Source: Nemertoderma westbladi (Eukaryota > Animalia > Xenacoelomorpha). From it: a DNA stretch of 39,749 nucleotides. Below are positions 22,524 to 33,398 of the stretch, in pieces. Below the pieces are notes generated by a model. That model did no database searches, was not told the origin of the DNA, and worked only from the letters and a program-made list of their open reading frames with translations. The DNA is taken from positions 1 to 39,749 of the forward strand of contig JAUCBJ010006448.1 in assembly GCA_032718475.1 (NCBI GenBank), read 5' to 3'. Within the stretch, counting starts at the first letter, position 1. Each line of letters opens with the position of its first letter. Both the position numbers and the translations under genes were made by a program.

Positions 22524-22990
22524 CTATTTAACGCTACGAATGAGGCATTTCCATACTCCAGGATTATGAGGGGCGAGCGGCGTCTGGAAATTCGAGGTGC
22601 AGTCCAATGTTCTTAAGTGGGAAATCACTTTATCTTGGTCAACTTGAGTGAGGGATTCTTTGAGCTCGGATTCGGTGCCAACAAAGTTGCTTCCGTTGTC
22701 GCAATATAGGTGCTGTGGGGTTCCCCTTGTGGCGATGAAAAAGGCGTAATGCATTGATAAAACGGTCTGTTGAGAGGTCCTCTTCCATATCCAGTGCGAT
22801 CGGCCTAGAATTGAAACAAATGAATATAAGACCGTATCGTGTAATCAAGGAACTCATTATCTTAAAGAGAAAAGGACCAAATAGGTCCATCCCTGTGAAA
22901 GCAAAAACAGGCTTATATGGAGTGAGTCGTGACTCAGGTAAATCGGCCATTGTCAGGGTCATTGTGTGAGAATGCAGTCTCTTGCATGTA
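22524..22990 (-). mobile_element. BEL/Pao integrase core fragment
   Basis: MADLPESRL...FTGMDLFGP...YGLIFIC...DLSTDRFINALRLF, frameshift, IATRGTP...CDNGSNFVG...PLAPHNPGVWKCLIRSVK. Confidence 0.9.
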
Positions 22991-23740
22991 GAGTTAGTAA
23001 GAAAGTGAAAGTAGTTGATAGGGTGAGAAATGTGTCGTTTACTGGCACTAGCAACTCGCGATCAGAGTCAATGTTAGAAATGTTAGAGCGTTGATTGACA
23101 GAGGATCCGCCCTTAGAGAATAGAAAACTCATTACTCGAAAAATTACTCATTACTCGTTTCCATCTTACAATCCTCGTTGCGCTCGTCCAAAAAATATTT
23201 TATTCTAAAAGTAGACTGAATAACCTTTACAACTATGCAAAGTGTATAAACTGTGAAAATCTGCCGATTTATGGCAAATGAATACATACTGTACAACAAC
23301 AGCATGTATAGATACATACATACATAATATGCCTAATGGCTATAGCCATAGATAGAGATACACACCAAAACTCAAAATGCGCACCCTCCTAATACTAGAC
23401 AGGTTCATCTTTTACCCTTTTCTTAAAGGTCCTATTGATAAACGAAGAAACTACCGTTCTAGTGGTCGCTATACTTTTAGGCCTACGCTAATTTTGCAGT
23501 TTTTTGGGCTGCAAAGCCTGTTAGTAAAGGTCGCCTTGCCCCTGACCCTGGTGGAGACGCAAATCAGAGAATTATCCACGAGATTGTGGGTCAACTGATA
23601 TACTCCCATGCCATGCCTAGTGGAGGGCGACACTCCATTAAGCAGTTAGCGGCAGAAAGGTGAGAGGAATGAAGTGGACGTCTAGCCCTAGAATCAAGTA
23701 TTAATAATTTATAAAGCACACTTCTAACAATAGATTTATT

Positions 23741-23764
23741 GTTGCCAGGTAACAGTAATAAACA
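23741..23764 (+). promoter_or_regulatory. RFX X-box with adjacent forkhead site upstream of LRRC43
   Basis: GTTGCCAGGTAAC (23741-23753) matches GTNRCC-N(0-3)-RGYAAC. ATAAACA follows at 23758-23764. About 370 bp upstream of the ATG. Confidence 0.7.
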
Positions 23765-24121
23765 TCTTGATATCTATTAATTTGTAAGGACTGCTGCTCT
23801 GACCCTTTATAATTTGGCAAAGCCTATATTAATAAATACGGGTTTTGCACTTAAATGTTACCTTTATATGAATAATATGTAGCAGTTCCTTAGTAGGTAT
23901 AGGCGAATACAGTCGATATTTAAAATGTTTATAAACGTGTGACAAGCAACGGAATATTCATTAAATTAAAGTAGGTACCGTTACGGTATAATTAATACAG
24001 TTTTCACTAGGGTTACTCCAGTTGTTGTATCTCAATGTGAAGCCGACATATTCGCAATATTGTAAGAGTGTCTGCCTTATTTATTCACAATAATTAGTCA
24101 CAAAAATCACAATACATTATA

Positions 24122-24250
24122 ATGGTTGGCAGGGATACATCCATGTCTATGGTTCCAGACCCACGCAATGGAAGGTCGGCCCACCAAGTTTATACCCAAC
24201 TCGTCAAGCAACTTTGTCTGTGGGAGTTTCCGTGTGGCATTGGATCATGG
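24122..24250 (+). CDS. LRRC43: LRRC43-like, exon 1 of 11 (whole CDS 1821 nt, 606 aa)
   Basis: QLCLWEFPCGIGSW resembles the recalled LRRC43 N-terminal LCLREFPCGAGSW motif. Donor GTGAGT, phase 0. Confidence 0.85.
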
Positions 24251-24326
24251 GTGAGTGAAACATTGAGCCAACTACATCATCATTATGTCTTAAGGATAAT
24301 AATTTACTTTATTCATTTATAAAGTA

Positions 24327-25241
24327 CACCATGTCCCGTAATATAGTGTCATTTTCTGATGACACGGACCCCCCCCCCCCCCCCCCCCAGATTTTTCTAC
24401 AAATCTTTATCATATTGCTTGACATTTGAAACACAACTAGTTCCACTCACCGTGGTTGACCCCATGAAGCCGGAATTTTCGATTTTGCCTTTACATTTTT
24501 TATATAAGCGTTTTAAAAAAGTGTCTTTTGCGAAATCGCACCCTCAGTATCGTGGCCATTCTTCGCATTAGTCGTAACTTTTTCATATCATTAAGAAGCT
24601 CGCGTTGCAAGGATTCCAAATATGTAACAATATCTGAATTTCGTTGAGAAACAGCAGCGATATAGGCGTTCAAATATTGCAAGAATTATCGTTCGCTGCA
24701 GGCCATTTATTCTATTAAATAAATACACAAAATTCTAGAATGTGTTATTTATTTTATAAGTTGGTTGCCAAAAGCGGTAATTCTATCCAATATATCTACT
24801 GCGTAGCTATTCATACTTAAACAAAATGTTCCAGAACATTGTGTATTTATTAAATAGAATAAATGGCATCTAGCGAACGATAATTCTTGCAATCTTTGAA
24901 TTCCTATTTCTCAGCTGTTTCTCAACGAAATTCAGATATTGATACATATTTGGAATCCTTGCAACGCAAGCTTTCTATTGATGTGAAAAAATTACGACTA
25001 AAGTGAAGAATGGCAATGATACAGAGGGTGCGATTTCGCAAAAGACACTTTTTTAAAACGCTTATAAATAAAATTTAAAGGCGAAATCGAAAATTCCGGC
25101 TTCATGGTAACAACCACGGTGAGTTGAACTAGTTGTGTTTCAAATTTCAAACAATATGATAAAGATTTGTAGAAAAATTTGGGGGGGGGGGGGGGGGGGT
25201 CCGTGTCATCAGAAAATGACACTATATTACGGGTCATAGTG
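24327..25241. mobile_element. Foldback MITE (915 bp, ~410-bp TIRs) with TA TSD in intron 1
   Basis: TA|CACCATGTCCCGTAATATAGTGTCATTTTCTGATGACACGGACCC ... GGTCCGTGTCATCAGAAAATGACACTATATTACGGGTCATAGTG|TA. A further copy starts at 39407 and a fragment lies at 25622-25692. Confidence 0.9.
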
Positions 25242-25853
25242 TAATATTATAACTACGTAGCTATTCATGCTTAAACAAAATGTTCTAGAATTAGAATCGG
25301 ATATCTACGATATTTATCGAATAAATAGCCGAATAAATTATCACATCCGGTGGATGCGAAACATACTTCTGTAAAACGCTTACATCTCAAATCATATCTC
25401 ATCCAAACTCACATATTTACTTGACCAGCTTTAAACCATCAATAGCACAAAATCACTAACGGTAAGGTTGAAGATGATTGCGTTTGAAACATGTCAATAT
25501 CAACGGAGCTACCTCCTAGGATTGTAGATAAATATTGAAAGTGAAAATAGAAAATTTGGCTCCCCATATTCTATGGTTGGAGGGATGTGTTACTGTTTCA
25601 ATTTCTTTCATGCAATCTTATTAAGATTTGTAGAAAAAAATATGTGGGTGGGGGTCGTGTCATTGAATTACGACACTATATTCCAGGACATTATACCGCG
25701 TAGTTATTTCGTACATGCTGAAATGACCAATTATTAGAAGTACTATTGATATTGACCACATCAAAGGTAGCAGGATTCAATAAAGGTAAATAGGCATCTA
25801 CAATCTGAAATCGATTCAACTATTAATTGTTAGTGACCCACGTGTATTGGAAT

Positions 25854-25951
25854 CAAGGCGTACTATATACATATATAATATACATGTATATAGTACTATA
25901 CATGCATATAGTATACATGTATATACATAACTATGTATATATTACGCCTTG
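25854..25951. mobile_element. 98-bp MITE with 8-bp TSD (hAT/P-like)
   Basis: ATTGGAAT at 25846-25853 and 25952-25959. TIR CAAGGCGTA(C/A)TATATACATA. Confidence 0.8.
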
Positions 25952-26037
25952 ATTGGAATATACTATTCTAGAATCACAATAGAAAACGTACAAATAGGAA
26001 GATACCAAACACTCAAAGTCTATAAAACATGTTGCAG

Positions 26038-26283
26038 AGAAATAGCGCAGCACCAAGGGTGGACACTTTCTCAGCCGTTACCCTAAAAGATTACGACGCT
26101 ATGACTGAGCAATTAGAAACTCTTCAACATCTAGTCCACGATAGTAAGTCACCATGGAAACTGGATTGTGATTGGTCGAAGGATGCGCTAGCACTTCGCG
26201 AGCTGGCGATACGTAAACCGGAGTTGATAACCAATTTGTTTATTTACCGTTGGTTCCGTAGTTTACGAATCATCGACGAAAAT
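26038..26283 (+). CDS. LRRC43: LRRC43-like exon 2
   Basis: TTGCAG acceptor. SPW...LRELAIRKPELIT..FIYRWFRSLRIIDEN. Donor GTAAGT. The 5' boundary is less certain. Confidence 0.85.
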
Positions 26284-26710
26284 GTAAGTGACGGGAAGGT
26301 GGGGGGGGGGGGGGGGGGGGAGAGATGTTCCAGTATACAAACAAAATTAATAATAATTATTTTTTATAATTATTATTTAATAAAAAATGGTTTCATTCGT
26401 CCATCAAACTGTCAATGAAATCCCAGATAATTTTTACATTAACGAATAACATTCGACAATTTGAAGGAAACCAATTTACATTCGGTTTAATAGCTGACAA
26501 AAATAAACTGACAGTTACAATAGTAAGACTCTACCCAACTAATCTTCGATTCTCTCCCCTATTTTGACGTACTTTATTTTACATATTAAATGCAACAAAG
26601 GTACAGTAGTTTAAAACTGCATAGGTCCTATACTAACTGCGCTGTAGCACAGTAAGGCTGTGATACCCCCCACCCACTGCATTATTTAATTTACATGGCT
26701 TTTTATTCAG

Positions 26711-26844
26711 GTGATTGAAATTGACGAAAAAATGTTACAATTTGAAAACCTCGAAGAACTAACTCTTTCCGTTAATCATATAGATAATATTTCCGGTTAC
26801 AATCTGCCACCCAAATTAACGTCATTGGAGCTTTTCGGAAATCG
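26711..26844 (+). CDS. LRRC43: LRRC43-like exon 3 (LRRs)
   Basis: TTTTATTCAG acceptor. LEELTLSVNHI and LTSLELFGNR are LxxLxLxxN repeats. Donor GTTAGT, phase 2. Confidence 0.9.
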
Positions 26845-27272
26845 GTTAGTTTATTGTTTATTGTTTTGTATAGATAAAAAAATATCTTGCCAAGATGTGA
26901 AATGAAACATCAAAAGTCTCAAATCATACCAAGACAAGCCAAGCAAATGTATCTCAATACCCTCAAAGACCCTAAAATCTTGGTGACTCTGGCCAATAAT
27001 TGTGCCAAGTTGGTAAGTTAATATGGAATTTGTAAAAGGTACTACAGTATACTCACACTGTAACTTCCTCCATTTACCCTTAAATTTTTAAAATAAATGA
27101 GACCTTATTGGTTCTTAAACTCACTAAACACACATACAGTATTTGGTGTTTGCGAATATTTTGCACCTTTGACTCTATGAACCACAGAAAGTACCTTACC
27201 TACTACAGTACAATTGTCTACGGATGAAACTCTTGCCATAATAACTTATAACCTGCCATAATAACCTGCCAT

Positions 27273-27333
27273 GACAGACTGAAAGACCTAACCGGTTGGC
27301 TTAAAGCCAACCGGTTAGGTCCTTCAGTTTGTC
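27273..27333. repeat. 61-nt near-perfect palindrome in intron 3
   Basis: GACAGACTGAAAGACCTAACCGGTTGGCTT-A-AAGCCAACCGGTTAGGTCCTTCAGTTTGTC: 30-bp arms with 2 differences. Confidence 0.9.
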
Positions 27334-27546
27334 TGGATCTCTGAGTTGAGTTAGGCCCTACGAGTAGTAGGCCTATATATTCGATATTATGGGTTTTCAC
27401 CCTTACCCTCTTACAGTACGTTAACCCGACACTGTCGACTAGTCCTTACTTATGGTGCTAACTTGAAAATTTAATTTATTTCAGTAAATAATATCACATC
27501 TCGCACTAAGTCATTAATTATAATTACTTTCTGTTTCCCGTTATAG

Positions 27547-27772
27547 ACTCACGTTACTTAGCAACCTGACACAAGGAGTCCCCCCGTTAAACCATCTGGG
27601 TCTCGGGTCTAATCTCATTGAATCAGTGGTCTCCCTTCGGTCCCCGTGTTGGAACAAACTGGTCTCCCTCGATCTATCCTACAACAGACTCGACGACTTA
27701 ACAAACGTTGTTAACACTTTAACTTCGTTGAGTAATTTACGATCTCTTCTTCTATTTGGTAATCCTCTTAGT
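27547..27772 (+). CDS. LRRC43: LRRC43-like exon 4 (LRRs)
   Basis: LNHLGLGSNLI, LVSLDLSYNRL, LRSLLLFGNPLS. Phase-compatible with exons 3 and 5. Confidence 0.9.
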
Positions 27773-30204
27773 GTAAGTTGTTCAGCCAATAGATCTTTAT
27801 ATAATACAAAATGGAATCGTACTGTAGTACATTAGAGTAAGTTGTTCAGCCAATAGATCTTTATATAATACAAAATGGAATCGTACTGTAGTACATTAGT
27901 GTAAGTTGTTCAGCCAATAGATCTTTATATAATACAAAATGGAATCGTACTGTAGTACATTAGTGTAAGTTGTTCAGCCAATAGATCTTTATATAATACA
28001 AAATGGAATCGTACTGTAGTACATTAGTGTAAGTTGTTCAGCCAATAGATCTTTATATAATACAAAATGGAATCGTACTGTAGTACATTAGTGTAAGTTG
28101 TTCAGCCAATAGATCTTTATATAATACAAAATGGAATCGTACTGTAGTACATTAGTGTAAGTTGTTCAGCCAATAGATCTTTATATAATACAAAATGGAA
28201 TCGTACTGTAGTACATTAGTGTAAGTTGTTCAGCCAATAGATCTTTATATAATACAAAATGGAATCGTACTGTAGTACATTAGAGTAAGTTGTTCAGCCA
28301 ATAGATCTTTATATAATACAAAATGGAATCGTACTGTAGTACATTAGTGTAAGTTGTTCAGCCAATAGATCTTTATATAATACAAAATGGAATCGTACTG
28401 TAGTACATTAGTGTAAGTTGTTCAGCCAATAGATCTTTATATAATACAAAATGGAATCGTACTGTAGTACATTAGTGTAAGTTGTTCAGCCAATAGATCT
28501 TTATATAATACAAAATGGAATCGTACTGTAGTACATTAGAGTAAGTTGTTCAGCCAATAGATCTTTATATAATACAAAATGGAATCGTACTGTAGTACAT
28601 TAGAGTAAGTTGTTCAGCCAATAGATCTTTATATAATACAAAATGGAATCGTACTGTAGTACATTAGTGTAAGTTGTTCAGCCAATAGATCTTTATATAA
28701 TACAAAATGGAATCGTACTGTAGTACATTAGTGTAAGTTGTTCAGCCAATAGATCTTTATATAATACAAAATGGAATCGTACTGTAGTACATTAGAGTAA
28801 GTTGTTCAGCCAATAGATCTTTATATAATACAAAATGGAATCGTACTGTAGTACATTAGTGTAAGTTGTTCAGCCAATAGATCTTTATATAATACAAAAT
28901 GGAATCGTACTGTAGTACATTAGAGTAAGTTGTTCAGCCAATAGATCTTTATATAATACAAAATGGAATCGTACTGTAGTACATTAGAGTAAGTTGTTCA
29001 GCCAATAGATCTTTATATAATACAATAATGGAATCGTAGTACATTCGAGTAAGTTGTTCAGCCAATAGATCTTTATATAATACAAAATGGAATCGTACTG
29101 TAGTACATTAGTGTAAGTTGTTCAGCCAATAGATCTTTATATAATACAAAATGGAATCGTACTGTAGTACATTAGTGTAAGTTGTTCAGCCAATAGATCT
29201 TTATATAATACAAAATGGAATCGTACTGTAGTACATTAGTGTAAGTTGTTCAGCCAATAGATCTTTATATAATACAATAATGGAATCGTAGTACATTCGA
29301 GTAAGTTGTTCAGCCAATAGATCTTTATATAATACAAAATGGAATCGTACTGTAGTACATTAGTGTAAGTTGTTCAGCCAATAGATCTTTATATAATACA
29401 AAATGGAATCGTACTGTAGTACATTAGTGTAAGTTGTTCAGCCAATAGATCTTTATATAATACAAAATGGAATCGTACTGTAGTACATTAGTGTAAGTTG
29501 TTCAGCCAATAGATCTTTATATAATACAAAATGGAATCGTACTGTAGTACATTAGAGTAAGTTGTTCAGCCAATAGATCTTTATATAATACAAAATGGAA
29601 TCGTACTGTAGTACATTAGAGTAAGTTGTTCAGCCAATAGATCTTTATATAATACAAAATGGAATCGTACTGTAGTACATTAGAGTAAGTTGTTCAGCCA
29701 ATAGATCTTTATATAATACAAAATGGAATCGTACTGTAGTACATTAGTGTAAGTTGTTCAGCCAATAGATCTTTATATAATACAAAATGGAATCGTACTG
29801 TAGTACATTAGAGTAAGTTGTTCAGCCAATAGATCTTTATATAATACAAAATGGAATCGTACTGTAGTACATTAGAGTAAGTTGTTCAGCCAATAGATCT
29901 TTATATAATACAAAATGGAATCGTACTGTAGTACATTAGTGTAAGTTGTTCAGCCAATAGATCTTTATATAATACAAAATGGAATCGTACTGTAGTACAT
30001 TAGTGTAAGTTGTTCAGCCAATAGATCTTTATATAATACAAAATGGAATCGTACTGTAGTACATTAGTGTAAGTTGTTCAGCCAATAGATCTTTATATAA
30101 TACAAAATGGAATCGTACTGTAGTACATTAGTGTAAGTTGTTCAGCCAATAGATCTTTATATAATACAATAATGGAATCGTACTGTAGTACATTAGAGTA
30201 AGTT
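27768..30204 (+). repeat. 64-bp minisatellite, ~38 copies, each containing the exon 4 donor GTAAGT
   Basis: Unit TTAG(T/A)GTAAGTTGTTCAGCCAATAGATCTTTATATAATACAAAATGGAATCGTACTGTAGTACA; GTAAGT at 27773, 27837, and so on. Confidence 0.98.
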
Positions 30205-31180
30205 TTTAAAATTTCAATAAAATGCTACGAAATTTGGTATGATGATAGTTCGACAACTTTTCTTACTGGTGGCCTGGCCGGATTTTTCTTTTTTCTGAGC
30301 TAATTCGATACAACAAGCCGTTAAAAATGCCTTTTTATCAATATTTAACCATCTCTGTTGGCCTTATTTTTCGTCTTGGAATGTAATCCAGAAATCATTA
30401 GAACTTCATCCTCATCCGTTTTTTTAACTTTATCCTAAAATATTAATTATTATTTGGGTTTAGGTTTTAAAACTCTCCATCTCATTTCTACATTACGCCT
30501 AATTAATATTATAGAATTGAGTAAATAAAACATTAGAATTGTAGCGATTCGTAATTGCAAATTCTTAACACAATGTAATTTAATTTATTTAAGAATGTTA
30601 TACAGTAGGGCATAAAGTGATGATAAATGTAATACAGTACAGTATCTCTAAATATATGTACGTATCATGTAAACCTCACTCATCTTTCAAAATACGCTCT
30701 TTTATGTAGTCAAAAAAACGTTCGTGAGGCCTTCGCGCAGCACATTGTTAATACTAGTGCTAACTTTGAAGGTCGTATTCACTTGGTTGCTATGGTATTT
30801 TCAAATATCTAAATAATGCCAGTAAATTGTTCATATCCAAAATAGTAATCTTTCATAAATTTTATCCAGTCATATCCACTATAAGAGCTGTTGCTATGGC
30901 AATTATCTCCGTTGCTATGTTTAAGACTCCCTAAAAAAACGAGCGCAACCATTTGGTGAAGTCTCCCAAATTTTTTAAATATTCCATATCTGTACAAAAC
31001 ATCTATGTAGTACGGAGTCATAGGCTGGAGCCTGTAATAATATCAAAATATCAAATATTATCATTCTCAAAGTCGGCCTTCAGTTATTTGCAGTACTGAC
31101 ATGTTTGCTAGGCCTTTAGTATGGGTACTGGGTAGTATAGGCCTACAGTAATAGTTGATAACGTCTGTTATAATTCGCAG

Positions 31181-31298
31181 TTGATTCCATCATACCGCGG
31201 TGCCGTAATTGATGCCTTACGTGGTCTCTTCTCATTGGACGACGTGGCTGTTACAGCTGATGAGAAACACGGATACAGGGGATTATCCAAATACACAG
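31181..31298 (+). CDS. LRRC43: LRRC43-like exon 5 (LRR cap)
   Basis: LIPSYRGAVIDALRGLFSLDDVAVTADEKHGYRGLS is an LRRcap motif (YR..VI..L..L..LD). CGCAG acceptor and GT donor. Confidence 0.9.
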
Positions 31299-31512
31299 GT
31301 ACTGTACGGGTACATGAAGGCAAAATCAATATAAATCATTGATAAAAACATGATGCTTAAAAGTGGTTGATTATGATATTAATTAACTCGCCATTTAGCT
31401 GTTCAGTTCATATTCCCTCAAAAATTATGTATTCCAATTAAAAACAATAATTGAAGGAATAGAATTAAAGACAAAAATACATAGCTAATATTACTTACTA
31501 AAACCCACACAG

Positions 31513-31713
31513 ATTCGATACCCAAAGAGGCCCGAGTGACAGTCAATGTATATTGGGTGAAGGGAATCCCAAAACAAGAATCGAATACCGAGGCCACACC
31601 TGATGTGTATCCAATAATAGAAAAAAAATATTACGTCCAATACAACTTCCCGTCCAATATGTCTGTGGTAACGCAAAAAGAAAGTGAAAGTAACCCACCC
31701 CCTACGCTAACAG
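31513..31713 (+). CDS. LRRC43: LRRC43-like exon 6
   Basis: CACAG acceptor. ARVTVNVYWVKGIP...YYVQYNFP. CAG|GTATGT donor. Phases 1/1. Confidence 0.8.
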
Positions 31714-31981
31714 GTATGTATCACCGTAAGGTGACCGACTGACTTATGCTAGTGTACAGTCTCCAAAACCGTACCAAATACAAGGGGCGATGGGCTAATC
31801 ATACCAGTTGCAATATTTAGCTAACTGTATTTTAGTGCCCGTACTGGCCGAAAATTTAGTGATTCAAAATATTTAATGAATCTGAAAAAAATTTACTGTT
31901 GTACGCGTACCCAACAGGTGCATGCAATATTCTACTGTACTCTATGTAATATTGTACTGTAACATTAACTAAAGGTTTTTA

Positions 31982-32390
31982 GGTCCGCGTAGCGAGCCCT
32001 CTAGTATTCACCCCGTTGTGGTCCGCGTAGCGAGACCTCTAGTATTCATCCCCGTTGTGGTCCCTGTAGCGAGACCTCTAGTATTCACCCCGTTGTGGTC
32101 CGCGTAGCGAGACCTCTAGTATTCACCCCGCTGTGGTCCGCGTAGCGAGACCTCTAGTATTCATCCCCGTTGTCGTCCCCATAGCGAGACCTCTAGTATT
32201 CATCCCCGTTGTGGTCCGCGTAGCGAGACCTCTAGTATTCACCCCGCTGTGGTCCGCGTAGCGAGACCTCTAGTATTCATCCCCGTTGTGGTCCCCGTAG
32301 CGAGACCTCTAGTATTCACCCCGTAGCGAGACCTCTAGTATTCACCCCGTTGTGGTCCGCGTAGCGAGCCCTATAGAATTCACCCCGTTG
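31982..32390 (+). repeat. 38-39-bp minisatellite, ~10.5 copies
   Basis: Unit GGTCCGCGTAGCGAGACCTCTAGTATTCA(T)CCCCGTTGT, preceded by TTTTTA. Confidence 0.95.
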
Positions 32391-32830
32391 ATGTTGTTGG
32401 TGTTATTAATTTCAGTTAGCTTTTAGTTTTATAAGGCTTCAAACGGCGCAGTGGCGAAGTTAGTAGATCGATGGACTTGGAATCTCCAGCTACCGTGTTC
32501 AATCCCACTTTCCCGTGAAAATTTTTGGTAGTAGGCGATTCAAGGAGGAGACAGTTAATGCGTTAGTAGACGCGGAACCTGTGAGCGATTTCCCACTTTT
32601 TTAAATGGTTACAGTATTTATTCAGTCTGTGGATACATAATAACACGGGAATGTATTGATAGTTAATTGAACTACAGTATACGCACACATTGTAGTTAGT
32701 TATGAATGCATTGTTACTTCATACCGGTAGTTTTTAACTGTCACTGTAGTAGTCAAACATTATTCTATAAAGATCTATAACACAGTCATTGTATAAGTCA
32801 GGGACATGCTCACCAAACTGCCTTCCGCAG

Positions 32831-33054
32831 ATCACCTAGAAGAAACAGATAACCCATTGGATCCTGAAGACCAAGCGCAGTTGCCAGGGGAACCCCAATC
32901 ACAGCCTAGTATAACTAACCTACGTACAAAGGGTCTGGACTGGGATGAAGATGGTATATTCTTCTCGTACAAGGAGGAATACGCTGTAGAAGATCTCGAA
33001 ATCCTACGGGATCATATTAAATCTGGGGTGAAGATATCCGTCGTTGAAGAAATT
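32831..33054 (+). CDS. LRRC43: LRRC43-like exon 7
   Basis: CCGCAG acceptor. ...TKGLDWDEDGIFFSY...DLEILRDHIKSGVKISVVEEI. Donor GTAAGA. Confidence 0.8.
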
Positions 33055-33299
33055 GTAAGAAAACTAAATGGGTTTATTCAATATTTATATATTGTGTTGA
33101 GTCGGGGTGAATTTATCCAGCTAAAGCCTTTCATATTCTATTTGAATAATAAAAGTACAGTAAAAAATTAAAATTTTCTTCGGCCTTAAGGCCATTCATT
33201 ACGCACAACTGATTTCTGTCTACTTATTTCCAGTGCGGTCCCCCCAGAACTATACTCCCTCAAGAGAAAACTGTAACTCATTTAACGACCATTTAAGGA

Positions 33300-33390
33300 T
33301 GCAAGACAAAGATGCGTCCTGGCTAGTCCCATTAAAGCATTCGTATCGAAACCAAAACTGCACTGGCACCCATGCGGGGATAGGACCTAA
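33300..33390 (-). mobile_element. Fragment of the second SINE family, directly left of the 37-bp array
   Basis: CCTGGCTAGTCCC...TCGAAACCAAAACTGCACTGGCACCCATGCG is similar to 3839-3905 and to the reverse complement of 9960-9990. Confidence 0.55.
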
Positions 33391-33398
33391 AGCGTAAT

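Noticed and set aside
11931-22990. The two BEL fragments as one element split by the Gypsy insertion
   Set aside because: They are on opposite strands, so a simple nested insertion does not explain them.
25972-26037. Upstream TTCTAG acceptor for exon 2
   Set aside because: It would include an in-frame TAA at 26023-26025; the CAG at 26035-26037 is preferred.
27768-30204. 64-bp period as CRISPR repeat plus spacer
   Set aside because: The whole unit is repeated; there is no variable spacer.
30786-30922. Intronic X-box-like GTTGCTATGG motifs as enhancers
   Set aside because: They sit in sequence that looks like a decayed repeat, far from the promoter; function cannot be supported from sequence alone.
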